A DNA stretch of 64,000 nucleotides from Fimbriimonadales bacterium (GTDB lineage: Bacteria; Armatimonadota; Fimbriimonadia; Fimbriimonadales; JABRVX01), in contig BTVI01000015.1 of assembly GCA_045862955.1 (NCBI GenBank), positions 1 through 64,000 on the forward strand. Direction: 5' to 3'. This document shows positions 17,272 through 25,724 of this stretch, in pieces. The position numbers and the translations under genes were made by a program. The notes below the pieces were generated by a model. The model saw nothing but the letters and a program-made list of their open reading frames with translations, was not told the origin of the DNA and did no database searches. Position 1 is the first letter of the stretch. Every line of letters starts with the position of its first letter.

Positions 17272-18954
17272 ATGAGAACGTCCCGACCACTGGCCGCCAT
17301 AGCGGTCCTCTGCCTCGCCAGCTGCCTCGCGGGTCAGTCGCTGTTCCACCAGAGGCTGGCAGTCGGCTTGGGTGCGGCATCCCAGGGGATCCTGAACTCC
17401 AAAGGCCACGCGGCATTCTTGGCAGCCCTGCCCGATGGACAGTATTACGATCCGTGGATCGGTGGGCGGCCTTTCGCCACGCAGCTGCTCATCGGCGGAC
17501 GAACTTGCGAGCTGTACGCACTGGATTCCTCGGGCATCCTCTTGTGGGGGCTTCAGCGCGACTCGGTCGGGCCCTACAGGCACGTGTATCTGGATGTGAC
17601 CGACCTCAGCGCTGCGGTGGGCAGCCTGACGAGCCACGGCAGGGGCGCCGGGTTCATCCCGGCGAGCGGGGAACCGGTCTGGTACGACGGCAAGCGGGTC
17701 TACGTCGGCACTACGCCCTACAGCGACGCCATCCTCGGCAGCGGTTCGACCTCGGTTGGAACCGCACTCGTGGACGATGCCGGCAACATCGCCTGGTCGG
17801 GGGGCGGCCCGGCAACGGGCGGGCAGCGAGACGTGTTCTTCAACTCCACGAACCTGAGTGCGGGCGCCCTCGGTTCCTCACGCTTTGCAGCTCCCGTCGC
17901 CACCGCCGGGGGTAAGACCGCCTGGTTCGGTTACGGCAGCCTCACCGACGGAAACACCGACGCGTTCGTCAACACCACGAACGTCAGCCGGTCGGCGCTC
18001 GGCACGGACCCGCGTGAGGCCTATCCGAAGGCGGTCAACTCCTTTGGCAAGCTACTGTGGTCCGGCTGGGGCTCCGCAACCTTCGGGGGTCTCGACGTGT
18101 TCCTGGACGGCACCAATCTCAGCATGCCGCTTCTCGGCAACGGAGCGGACCGCTCGGCTACGCCCATCGGGATGAGCCCAACGGCCTCGGCTCTCTGGAT
18201 CGGGCAGTCATTCCAGGCTACTGGCGGCGCTCCGGTGCTCTACCTCAACTCCACCAACTACAGCGGACCGATCCTGGGCAGTGGCGGCGACGTGGTGGCC
18301 CTCGGGATCACCGATGGGGGAGTGCCCGTCTGGGCGGGCACGGGCAATGGTACTTCGGGCCGTCGCAACGTCTTCCGCGGAACGGTCAACGTGACTAAGG
18401 AGGCCTACGGAGGCACGAGCCGCTTCAGCTTCCTCATGGCAATGAACCGCAGGGGCCAGGTGCTGTGGAGGGCAGAAGAGCCGGAGGGCACCGTCACCGT
18501 GTGGCTCACCTCACCGAGCCTGCCAACCACCCTCACCGGCACTGTCAACCTAGAGGGTGTCGCCGACCCCCAGCCGCGAGAGGTGGTGTTCGAGTTCTTG
18601 GAGCCGGGGACGGGCGACGTGCTGTTCACGCAGGACGTGTACGTGTATTCCGATGGCTCCTTCTACACCGAGCCGCTCCAGACCGGCCTCTTCGACATTC
18701 GCGTGCGCGCCCCGCACTTCGTTAGCCGTGTTGCCCGTGGCATCCCCGTCTGCGAGACGGGCTCGTTCGACCTCTCACTGCCGAATGGCGACGCGAACCT
18801 CGATAACGTTGTCGACCTGAACGATCTGAGCGCAGTGCTGCTTCGTTTTGCCTCGTCAGGCAACGGCGATCCGGTCGACTTGAACGAAGACGGCACGGTG
18901 GACCTGCTCGACCTCTCCATCGCACTGCTGTCGTTCGCCAAGACGGGAGAGTAG
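17272..18954 (+). CDS. Secreted repeat (probable beta-propeller) protein with C-terminal Ig-like + dockerin-like module
   Basis: Signal peptide MRTSRPLAAIAVL; ~45-aa repeats (W.G.g..t.G..dVF.n.TN.S...LG); C-terminal GDANLDNVVDLNDL...DLNEDGTVDLLDL. Confidence 0.75.
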   Translation: MRTSRPLAAIAVLCLASCLAGQSLFHQRLAVGLGAASQGILNSKGHAAFLAALPDGQYYDPWIGGRPFATQLLIGGRTCELYALDSSGILLWGLQRDSVGPYRHVYLDVTDLSAAVGSLTSHGRGAGFIPASGEPVWYDGKRVYVGTTPYSDAILGSGSTSVGTALVDDAGNIAWSGGGPATGGQRDVFFNSTNLSAGALGSSRFAAPVATAGGKTAWFGYGSLTDGNTDAFVNTTNVSRSALGTDPREAYPKAVNSFGKLLWSGWGSATFGGLDVFLDGTNLSMPLLGNGADRSATPIGMSPTASALWIGQSFQATGGAPVLYLNSTNYSGPILGSGGDVVALGITDGGVPVWAGTGNGTSGRRNVFRGTVNVTKEAYGGTSRFSFLMAMNRRGQVLWRAEEPEGTVTVWLTSPSLPTTLTGTVNLEGVADPQPREVVFEFLEPGTGDVLFTQDVYVYSDGSFYTEPLQTGLFDIRVRAPHFVSRVARGIPVCETGSFDLSLPNGDANLDNVVDLNDLSAVLLRFASSGNGDPVDLNEDGTVDLLDLSIALLSFAKTGE

Positions 18955-18958
18955 CCAA

Positions 18959-20473
18959 CTAAGCCGTCATCGTCTCGACACCGGTCATCAGCCGCATTAG
19001 ACCCTCTTCCGTCGCCTGCCCGGCTAGCACTTCGCCAACGAGTCGCCCATTGCGCAGAACCAGAATGCGGTCGCACAAGTTCAGCAACTCCGGCAGCTCG
19101 CTGGAGCTGACCACTACACCCCGCCCCTCCGATGCCATCGCCCGCACCAGCGAGTGGATCTCCGTCTTCGCACCTACGTCCACTCCGCGAGTGGGTTCGT
19201 CGAGAATCAGCACTCGGCACTGGGCCGCCAGCCACTTGGCGATCACCAGCTTCTGCTGATTGCCACCCGACAGGCCCGCCGCGACTGCATCCAACGAAGG
19301 CGCCTTCACCCTCATTGCAGCGAAGAACTTCGCTGCCAGCTCTCGCTCCGCCCCAGCGTTCACCCACCCGAAGCGCGAAAGCGAGTCCAGCACCGGCAGC
19401 GATATGTTATCCTTGGCGCTCATCCCCAGCACCAGCCCGTACCGCTTACGGTCTTCGGGCACCAGCCCGACTCCCATCCGCATCATCGTGGTGGGACTGC
19501 GCTGCTCGACGATCTGGCCCGCCACGGCCACCTCGCCCTGGACGAAAGGATCGAGACCGAAGATCGCCAGTGCCACCTCGGTCCGACCAGAACCTACCAG
19601 GCCCGCCAGCCCGACGATCTCCCCACCGCGGACGGCGAATCCGATATCGGTGAACTTCCGTGGGCTGCTCAGCCCAGCTACGCGCAACAACTCGGGCCCG
19701 AACGGCACGCCGCGTTCCGAAGGCCTACCTTCCACCACGCGACCGATCATCATCCGCACCAGGTCATCCCGTGTTAGGTCGGCAACAGGGCAAGTGCCTA
19801 CTAGGTGCCCGTCTCGCAACACCGTCACCGTATCACACAGCTCGAACACCTCTTCCATGCGGTGCGACACATATATGCATGACACCCCCTGCGACCGCAA
19901 CTCGCGGATCTGCTCGAACAGCACCTGTGTCTCGTAGAGCGATAGGCTGCTCGTTGGCTCGTCGAAGATCAACACCTTCGCGCCGCGCCCCACTGCGCCA
20001 GCTACCTGTGCCAGCTGCTGCTTGCTGATGGGTAGGTCGCCGACCAGGTGCCACGGGTCCACATCCAAGTTAATGCGCTGCAGCCATGCCTTGGTGCGCC
20101 GCTCCATCTCCACGTGATCCACGAAAAGTCCCCGTGCCGGCGGATCGTCCAGGCACAGGTTTTCGGCCACCGATAGGTTCTCGCAAAACGCCAGCTCCTG
20201 GTGGACGATACCGATGCCTGCCCGAATGGCATCCAACGGCCCCCCGAAACGCACCGGCTTGCCCTCTAGAAGGACTTGCCCAGCATCCGGTCTGATCAGA
20301 CCCGCCAGCACCTTTCCCAGCGTGCTCTTGCCCGCTCCGTTCTCGCCTACCAACGCATGGCAAGAGGCACGTCGCACTCGCAGGGCGACATCGTCCAATG
20401 CTAACACGCCAGGGAACCGCTTCGTGATCCCCTGCGCCTCGAGCACTATCTCTCCCGAAGAACTACTACTCAC
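18959..20473 (-). CDS. Sugar ABC transporter ATP-binding protein (RbsA/MglA type)
   Basis: GENGAGKST, FDEPT, LSGGNQQK, LDEPTRGVDVGAK. Confidence 0.95.
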   Translation of the reverse strand: MSSSSSGEIVLEAQGITKRFPGVLALDDVALRVRRASCHALVGENGAGKSTLGKVLAGLIRPDAGQVLLEGKPVRFGGPLDAIRAGIGIVHQELAFCENLSVAENLCLDDPPARGLFVDHVEMERRTKAWLQRINLDVDPWHLVGDLPISKQQLAQVAGAVGRGAKVLIFDEPTSSLSLYETQVLFEQIRELRSQGVSCIYVSHRMEEVFELCDTVTVLRDGHLVGTCPVADLTRDDLVRMMIGRVVEGRPSERGVPFGPELLRVAGLSSPRKFTDIGFAVRGGEIVGLAGLVGSGRTEVALAIFGLDPFVQGEVAVAGQIVEQRSPTTMMRMGVGLVPEDRKRYGLVLGMSAKDNISLPVLDSLSRFGWVNAGAERELAAKFFAAMRVKAPSLDAVAAGLSGGNQQKLVIAKWLAAQCRVLILDEPTRGVDVGAKTEIHSLVRAMASEGRGVVVSSSELPELLNLCDRILVLRNGRLVGEVLAGQATEEGLMRLMTGVETMTA

Positions 20474-21491
20474 CAGTGAGGTACTTCGGGTCGACGTCCG
20501 AAAAGCCCCATTGTTTGAGCTGCCTTGCCCACTCGGACAGGTTGTCTTTGGACACGCGCACCAGCTCCATCTTGTTGATCGGCGGAATGTCCTTCTTGTG
20601 GATTAGCTTGTCCACGATCATTTCCACGGACACCTTTCCCCACAGATAGGTGGGTTGGGCGAGCAGCACCGGTGCAATGCCCTTCTCGATGTATGGAAGT
20701 TGCGCAGGCAAGCAATCTACTGCCACCACCTTCACCTTCGAAGGGTCCAAGTCGGATAGCAGTGTCTTCGTGAAGAGCGGCCACCCTCCGATCATCGCCC
20801 AGGCCGTGATCTCCGGGTTGGCTTGCATCACCCGCAGAACCTCGGCAGCGGCATCCTGCGGTGTCTCGGCGTGGTGAAAGGTGCCGATGATCTTGATGCC
20901 CCGATACTTCGCTGCTTCCTGCTTGGCCCCCTGGACGCGCTTCTGCAGGTTGGGGGCGTTCTGGTTTCCCGCGAGGATCGCAACGTTCGCCTTCCCGTTC
21001 GTCTGCGCCGCTAGCTCGGCCATCACCTTCCTGCCGGTCTCCACGTCGTCCACGCCGTAAAACGCAAAGCGCTTCGAGTCCGGTGCATCACTGTCGAAGG
21101 TCATAACAGGAATGCCAGCGTCCACAGCGTCGTTGATGGCGCCGGTCACCTTCCCGGCGTCGGAACAGGAGATGAGTATTACGTCGGCACCTTCGTTCAC
21201 TGCCTGTTGAACGCGCTGCGCCTGAATCTGTCCGTCCTCGGTGGGTGGTGTTCGCCAATCAATCTCGATGTTGACGCCCGTCTCTTGCGATAGGCGTCTA
21301 GCAGCATCCTCCGCGCCGGTGCGTGCGGAGATGAAGACCGGGTTCGTCGAACTCTTCGCGATCATCACGATCTTCAGCGACTTGGGCTTTTGCGTGGTGC
21401 TCGCTTCCTTCTTTCCACATCCCGCGGCAAGCAGCGCGATGCCACCCAGCGCTGCTAGAGCTACTATGAACAGGCGTTCTTTCATTGCCAT
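20466..21491 (-). CDS. Sugar ABC transporter substrate-binding lipoprotein
   Basis: Lipobox LAAGC; GIPVMTFDSDAPDSKR periplasmic-binding-protein motif. Confidence 0.92.
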   Translation of the reverse strand: MAMKERLFIVALAALGGIALLAAGCGKKEASTTQKPKSLKIVMIAKSSTNPVFISARTGAEDAARRLSQETGVNIEIDWRTPPTEDGQIQAQRVQQAVNEGADVILISCSDAGKVTGAINDAVDAGIPVMTFDSDAPDSKRFAFYGVDDVETGRKVMAELAAQTNGKANVAILAGNQNAPNLQKRVQGAKQEAAKYRGIKIIGTFHHAETPQDAAAEVLRVMQANPEITAWAMIGGWPLFTKTLLSDLDPSKVKVVAVDCLPAQLPYIEKGIAPVLLAQPTYLWGKVSVEMIVDKLIHKKDIPPINKMELVRVSKDNLSEWARQLKQWGFSDVDPKYLTGE

Positions 21492-21500
21492 AACTACCTC

Positions 21501-22691
21501 CTAACCCTTCGCCTGAAGCAATCGCTTCGACCCCAGACGCGCACTCGCACGATCCAGCACTACTGCGATAATGATCGCACAGCCGATGATAATCCACTCG
21601 TACTTCTGGTCGAAATGCAGCGTGCGGATGGATTGCTGCATGAGGGCAATCAATAACGCACCGAGCATCGCGCTGATCGCGCTTCCCTTACCCCCCGCAA
21701 GGCTCGCACCGCCTACCACGGCAGATGCAATTACATACAACTCATATCCGGTCGCGTCGGCACTGGATGCTGCCCCGAAGTATCCCGCAGCGATGAACGC
21801 CGCAATGCCGGCAGTCAGCCCGGAGATCGTGTACACCGCAATCAGTACCCGCTCGATGCGTACTCCGGAATACCGAGCCGCCTCGACGTTGCCACCCACC
21901 GCGAACACCCTCCTGCCACTCACCGTCTTGGTAAGAAAGAGCCATCCACACACTGCCACTGCCAACATCGCTAACATCGGCACGGGATACAGCTGCTTGC
22001 CGAGCCCGAGGTTCGCCTTCGCCAGGTCTGTCAGCGAGCTGGGCACGAGGATGCTCTCTGCGCGGCTGGTAACGAACGCGATCCCGCGATACACCCACAT
22101 CGTCCCTAGGGTGATAATGAACGGGTGCACGCCGAGCGACGTAATCATCACGCCGTTGGCAAATCCACACATCGTGCCGAGCCCGCAGCACACCAAGATG
22201 CCGACCCAGATAGCCGATCCACCCGTCAAACCCAAGTCCCTCAGCACCATCGCCGAAAGCACTCCGGCGAGCGCGTAGGTGGAACCGACGGACAAGTCGA
22301 TCCCGGCGGTGATGATCACCATGGTTACACCCACCGCCATGATCGCGAAGAAGCTGGCGAAGGTGGCAACCTGCATCAGAGTCGCGGCGTTCAGGAAGTT
22401 GTTTACCTCCGCCCCGGTGGCCCGATTGGTGTGAGTACCCGCGAACACAGTGAGCACCACTCCGAGTGCCACGATCACCACCAGCAGTCCGAATTGCTGC
22501 GAGCCGACGAGTACCAAAAGGTTGCGCCGCATCCATGCTCCGATTCCGCACCCGCTGTCCCGCCTCCTGCCCCGCCGGGTCGCCTGGCTGACTCCGCCTG
22601 AGGGCACCCCCATCTGGCAACACGCCCGCGCCAGAGCAGGGGACCAGGCCTGGTCGAGCCCCCTTCCCAGCAGCACACGGTGCCTCGTCAC
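21501..22691 (-). CDS. Sugar ABC transporter permease (RbsC type)
   Basis: ITAGIDLSVGS, PFIITLG, GGNVEAARYSG, YELYVIASAVVGG. Start uncertain; it may lie further downstream at MGVPSG or MRRNLL. Confidence 0.9.
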   Translation of the reverse strand: MTRHRVLLGRGLDQAWSPALARACCQMGVPSGGVSQATRRGRRRDSGCGIGAWMRRNLLVLVGSQQFGLLVVIVALGVVLTVFAGTHTNRATGAEVNNFLNAATLMQVATFASFFAIMAVGVTMVIITAGIDLSVGSTYALAGVLSAMVLRDLGLTGGSAIWVGILVCCGLGTMCGFANGVMITSLGVHPFIITLGTMWVYRGIAFVTSRAESILVPSSLTDLAKANLGLGKQLYPVPMLAMLAVAVCGWLFLTKTVSGRRVFAVGGNVEAARYSGVRIERVLIAVYTISGLTAGIAAFIAAGYFGAASSADATGYELYVIASAVVGGASLAGGKGSAISAMLGALLIALMQQSIRTLHFDQKYEWIIIGCAIIIAVVLDRASARLGSKRLLQAKG

Positions 22692-22708
22692 TAAGATCTC
22701 CCTCCCCC

Positions 22709-22737
22709 TTGACACCGCGCAGCCAGTGTGATACGAT
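22709..22737 (+). promoter_or_regulatory. Sigma70 promoter of the riboswitch-controlled cassette
   Basis: TTGACA-N17-TACGAT immediately 5' of the riboswitch. Confidence 0.7.
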
Positions 22738-22756
22738 AGACCCGACAAATAACACG

Positions 22757-22890
22757 CTGGGTTGCGTGGCCACGGGGAAGCCGGTGAGAATCCGGCGCAG
22801 TGCCGCTACGGTGTTGCGATGAACTCGCTAAGCCCGACCGCCACCACGCAGCCGGTCACGGTAACCTCTTCGCGCTTGAGAGGGTGACTG
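22757..22890 (+). ncRNA. Cobalamin (B12) riboswitch
   Basis: GGGAAGCCGGTGAGAATCCGGCGCAGTGCCGCTACGGTG core, B12-box-like AAGCCCGACCGCC, closing stem GGTTGCGTGG (22760-22769) / CCACGCAGCC (22844-22853), 3' hairpin CCTCTTCGCGCTTGAGAGG. Confidence 0.88.
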
Positions 22891-22905
22891 CGCAGCAGTT
22901 CTAGC

Positions 22906-22943
22906 AGACCCCGTCCCAAAGCGAGGAGCGGGGTTTTCGTTTA
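22906..22943 (+). terminator. Riboswitch expression-platform terminator
   Basis: GACCCCG...CGGGGTT stem followed by TTCGTTT, between the aptamer and the first ATG. Confidence 0.6.
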
Positions 22944-22987
22944 CCCCGTTTCCCGAACCGGCGCCCGGCTCGATACAAAGGAGAGCA

Positions 22988-23935
22988 ATGGATCGAGCAG
23001 TGGCCATCACACTATGCGCAGCCGTCGCCGTTACGGCCAACGCCTTTACTCCTGCAACCGGCTATCGCACGGTTGACCTCGACCTATTCGGCTCAGCCAT
23101 CGCCGTGTCGCCATCCGGCAAACTCGCAGTCGGTGAGGATGCCTTCGGTGGAGGCGCCCTAATACGGGTGTTCGACAGCGTCTTGCCCGGACGAAACCTG
23201 CTCTACACGATCACCGCTCCGAGCGGCCACAACTGGCAGTTCTTGTCCGCGCTGACGTGGCAAGACGACGAAACCCTCATCATCGCCGAGAACGGCGATA
23301 TGGACACCGCCTATTCCGCGGTAGGACCCACCGTGACACCGCTTGCCCCCATCGGCTCCATTCCCAGCATCGCCGGGTTGACCCTCGGTTTCGGCGGCGA
23401 TCTGTTCGCAACGGCTGCAACCGATCCAGGAACCGGAACGGTGTACCGACTTCACTCCGGTACCGTCACAGCGTTCGCCGGTTCCTTTGGTACCGGCTAC
23501 CTCGGAGGCATCGCCTTCCTGGACGACGTCCTCTATGTTGCCGACACCAACGATCCCTTCTTCCTGGGCAACCCCGGGCAGGTGCATCGCTTCGCTTCGG
23601 ACGGAAGCTATCTCGGAGCCATCTCCCTCGCCGATGGAGGCGGATCCGGGGTGGTAGACATCCTTTTCGACACCGAGGGAGACCTCATCGCAACGACTGG
23701 CTCCACCCTCACCGTCAACAGTGTAACGCTCGGGACCTTCAGCGGGCCCTGGCCGTTCCCAACCTCTCTTGCCTACACGGGGTCCGGCTTCGAGCCGTTC
23801 TCCGGTACCGGGCTGCTGCTGGTAAACGGCACGTTCACGGAGATGGGTGGCATTTTCGGCATCACGCCCGTGCCCGAGCCGGGAGCCATCGCCCTGCTGC
23901 TGCCCGCGCTCGCACTCATCAGGAGGCGGAGGTGA
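22988..23935 (+). CDS. PEP-CTERM surface protein, probable beta-propeller
   Basis: Signal peptide; propeller-like strands (AIAVSPSGKLAV, GIAFLDDVLYVAD, DILFDTEGDLIA); C-terminus VPEPGAIALLLPALALIRRRR. Confidence 0.85.
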   Translation: MDRAVAITLCAAVAVTANAFTPATGYRTVDLDLFGSAIAVSPSGKLAVGEDAFGGGALIRVFDSVLPGRNLLYTITAPSGHNWQFLSALTWQDDETLIIAENGDMDTAYSAVGPTVTPLAPIGSIPSIAGLTLGFGGDLFATAATDPGTGTVYRLHSGTVTAFAGSFGTGYLGGIAFLDDVLYVADTNDPFFLGNPGQVHRFASDGSYLGAISLADGGGSGVVDILFDTEGDLIATTGSTLTVNSVTLGTFSGPWPFPTSLAYTGSGFEPFSGTGLLLVNGTFTEMGGIFGITPVPEPGAIALLLPALALIRRRR

Positions 23936-24720
23936 TCCTCACCGCGCTCGCCATCCTGTATCAAGGCGTCTTTGGCCCGTCCGACTTCGCAACGAAGCTG
24001 TTCGACTACAACGGGGTGAACGGCGTGCCGGGATACAACGTGGATGCGACCAAAGTGCTGGGCTACCCCTCGCCTAACGCGACACCGTCGGTACCCGACA
24101 ACAGTCACCTCTTCTCATTCGGATGGGGAGGGTTCGTGACGGTCGGTTTCGACCGGCCAATCCGAAACGGCCCCGGACCGGACTTCATCGTCTTCGGCAA
24201 CGCCTTCTATGCGGGCGGAGACCCGCTGTCGGTATGGCGCGAGCCGGGATTCGTCGAAGTCGGAGTAGACGTGGATGGTGACGGCGTGCCGAGCCAGCCA
24301 GACCGGTGGTACTTGCTCCGCGGATTTCCGGCCCCGCCCTTTCCCCTAGACCCGTACTTCTACGGTTGGTTCGAACCGGAACTCCCCTGGGCCTACGCAG
24401 ACTGCACCCCGACGGACAATACGGGCAATCCCCTCCTCCCCGATAACCCTCTGTCGGTCGGAATCGACCCCGGCTCCGCGGGCGGGGATTCGATGGACCT
24501 GGACTGGGCAGTGGATTGGACCACTGGCCTGCGCGTATGGCTGAAGGAGGCTCACTTCGTGCGCATCACGCACGCGCTGAACTCCTTCCACCCTGTTTTC
24601 GGGCCTTCGTCCACCGAGGTGGACGCGATCGCCATCGTGCACCCGGACGGCCCGCTCGCTGCCACGCCGGTACCCCGCAGTGAATCGAAGAACGAGGTGC
24701 CTCCGAGCGGACGTGGATAG
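23932..24720 (+). CDS. 'Cell surface protein'-type domain protein (candidate B12-binding, BtuH-like)
   Basis: Real start is GTG 23932, overlapping the upstream TGA; motif SFGWGGFVTVGFDRPIRNGPGPDFIVFGNAF...EPGFVEVGVDVDGDG...WYLL...WAYAD...GGDSMDLDWAVD...STEVDAI. Confidence 0.7.
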   Translation: MILTALAILYQGVFGPSDFATKLFDYNGVNGVPGYNVDATKVLGYPSPNATPSVPDNSHLFSFGWGGFVTVGFDRPIRNGPGPDFIVFGNAFYAGGDPLSVWREPGFVEVGVDVDGDGVPSQPDRWYLLRGFPAPPFPLDPYFYGWFEPELPWAYADCTPTDNTGNPLLPDNPLSVGIDPGSAGGDSMDLDWAVDWTTGLRVWLKEAHFVRITHALNSFHPVFGPSSTEVDAIAIVHPDGPLAATPVPRSESKNEVPPSGRG

Positions 24721-25492
24721 CAGAAGAGCCTTCACGCTAATCGAGCTGCTCGTGGTGATTGCGATCATCGCGGTCCTTGCCGGCATCCTCTTTCCGGTGT
24801 TCGCTTCTGCTCGAAAGCACAGCCACACTGCGAGATGCGCCGCCAACCTGCGGCAGCTCGTCCAGGCGAACCTCATGTATGCGGGAGATACCGGCAGGTA
24901 CGTCCCCGCTGCACAGGACCTGTACGAGACCAATCGCCGACGGTGGTTCGGAGTGCGAGGCTCAGACGGGCGGTTCATCCCTCGGGATGGGCCGCTCGTC
25001 CCCTACCTCGAGGACGGCGGACTCCTCCGCCAGTGTCCGCTCTTCTCGACGAAGATTGGGTTCTCCCTCGGCGCGGGGGGCTACGTGTACAACCACATCG
25101 CAGCCGGGTCCAACGTCTGGGACATGGGCTTCGTGCCCGAGGCCTACCACACTTCGCGAAGAGAAGGGAGCGTTGCTCGACCCGCCCAGGTGGCGATGTT
25201 CGCGGACGGTGCACTCGATGTCGGCAGTCCCCGGGGTCTTGCCGAGTACACATTCCTCGAGCCGCCCGAAGAAGTGCTCCGACGGATGGGCAGCCCCTAT
25301 TCGATGGACCCGTCGCTCCATTTCCGCCACTCCGGCCGGGTCCTGGTGGGTTACGCGGACGGCCACGTCGGCGCCGGCCGCCTAGCCCGAACCGTGGAGA
25401 GGAGCGGCGTGTACCCTCGGGCCAATCCCGCCGCGCATGGCCTCGGCTGGATAGCCCCCCTCGACGGCGAAACCCCCTACGATCCGCTGTAG
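24713..25492 (+). CDS. Prepilin-type N-methylation protein with H-X9-DG motif (DUF1559-like)
   Basis: RRAFTLIELLVVIAIIAVLAGILFPVFASAR, CAANLRQL, FRHSGRVLVGYADGHV (H-X9-DG). Start GTG 24713 overlaps the upstream gene. Confidence 0.9.
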   Translation: MDSRRAFTLIELLVVIAIIAVLAGILFPVFASARKHSHTARCAANLRQLVQANLMYAGDTGRYVPAAQDLYETNRRRWFGVRGSDGRFIPRDGPLVPYLEDGGLLRQCPLFSTKIGFSLGAGGYVYNHIAAGSNVWDMGFVPEAYHTSRREGSVARPAQVAMFADGALDVGSPRGLAEYTFLEPPEEVLRRMGSPYSMDPSLHFRHSGRVLVGYADGHVGAGRLARTVERSGVYPRANPAAHGLGWIAPLDGETPYDPL

Positions 25493-25650
25493 CGAGCTTC
25501 ACAATCCTTGCCAACTCTTGGTGGATGCTTGCTGGCGAAGCGGCCCCGGTGGAAAGCCTACCGCTCGCGGTGGCTGCGCCCACACACCCGAGACATTCGT
25601 CTATACCAGGCTAACGATCCCTTAGCATCCGTGGTAGAATAAGGTAGCTA

Positions 25651-25716
25651 CGCGTTTTCCTGACGACGCGCAACATCCCCGTCCGTCCAACCCGGACTGC
25701 GCGCCGAGGAAGGGGT
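25651..25716 (+). ncRNA. Candidate NAD+-I (nadA-motif)-like riboswitch, single compact domain
   Basis: P1 CGCGC (25667-25671) / GCGCG (25699-25703), joiner AACAUCCCC, P1a GUCCG/CGGAC, bulged U25698; lies between an extended -10 (TGGTAGAAT, 25632-25640) and the nadA RBS. Confidence 0.6.
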
Positions 25717-25724
25717 CGCAACCC

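Noticed and set aside
23257..23931. N-terminal 225 aa of the 487-aa ORF
   Set aside because: Arg-rich off-frame shadow of the PEP-CTERM gene; the protein-like sequence begins at GTG 23932.
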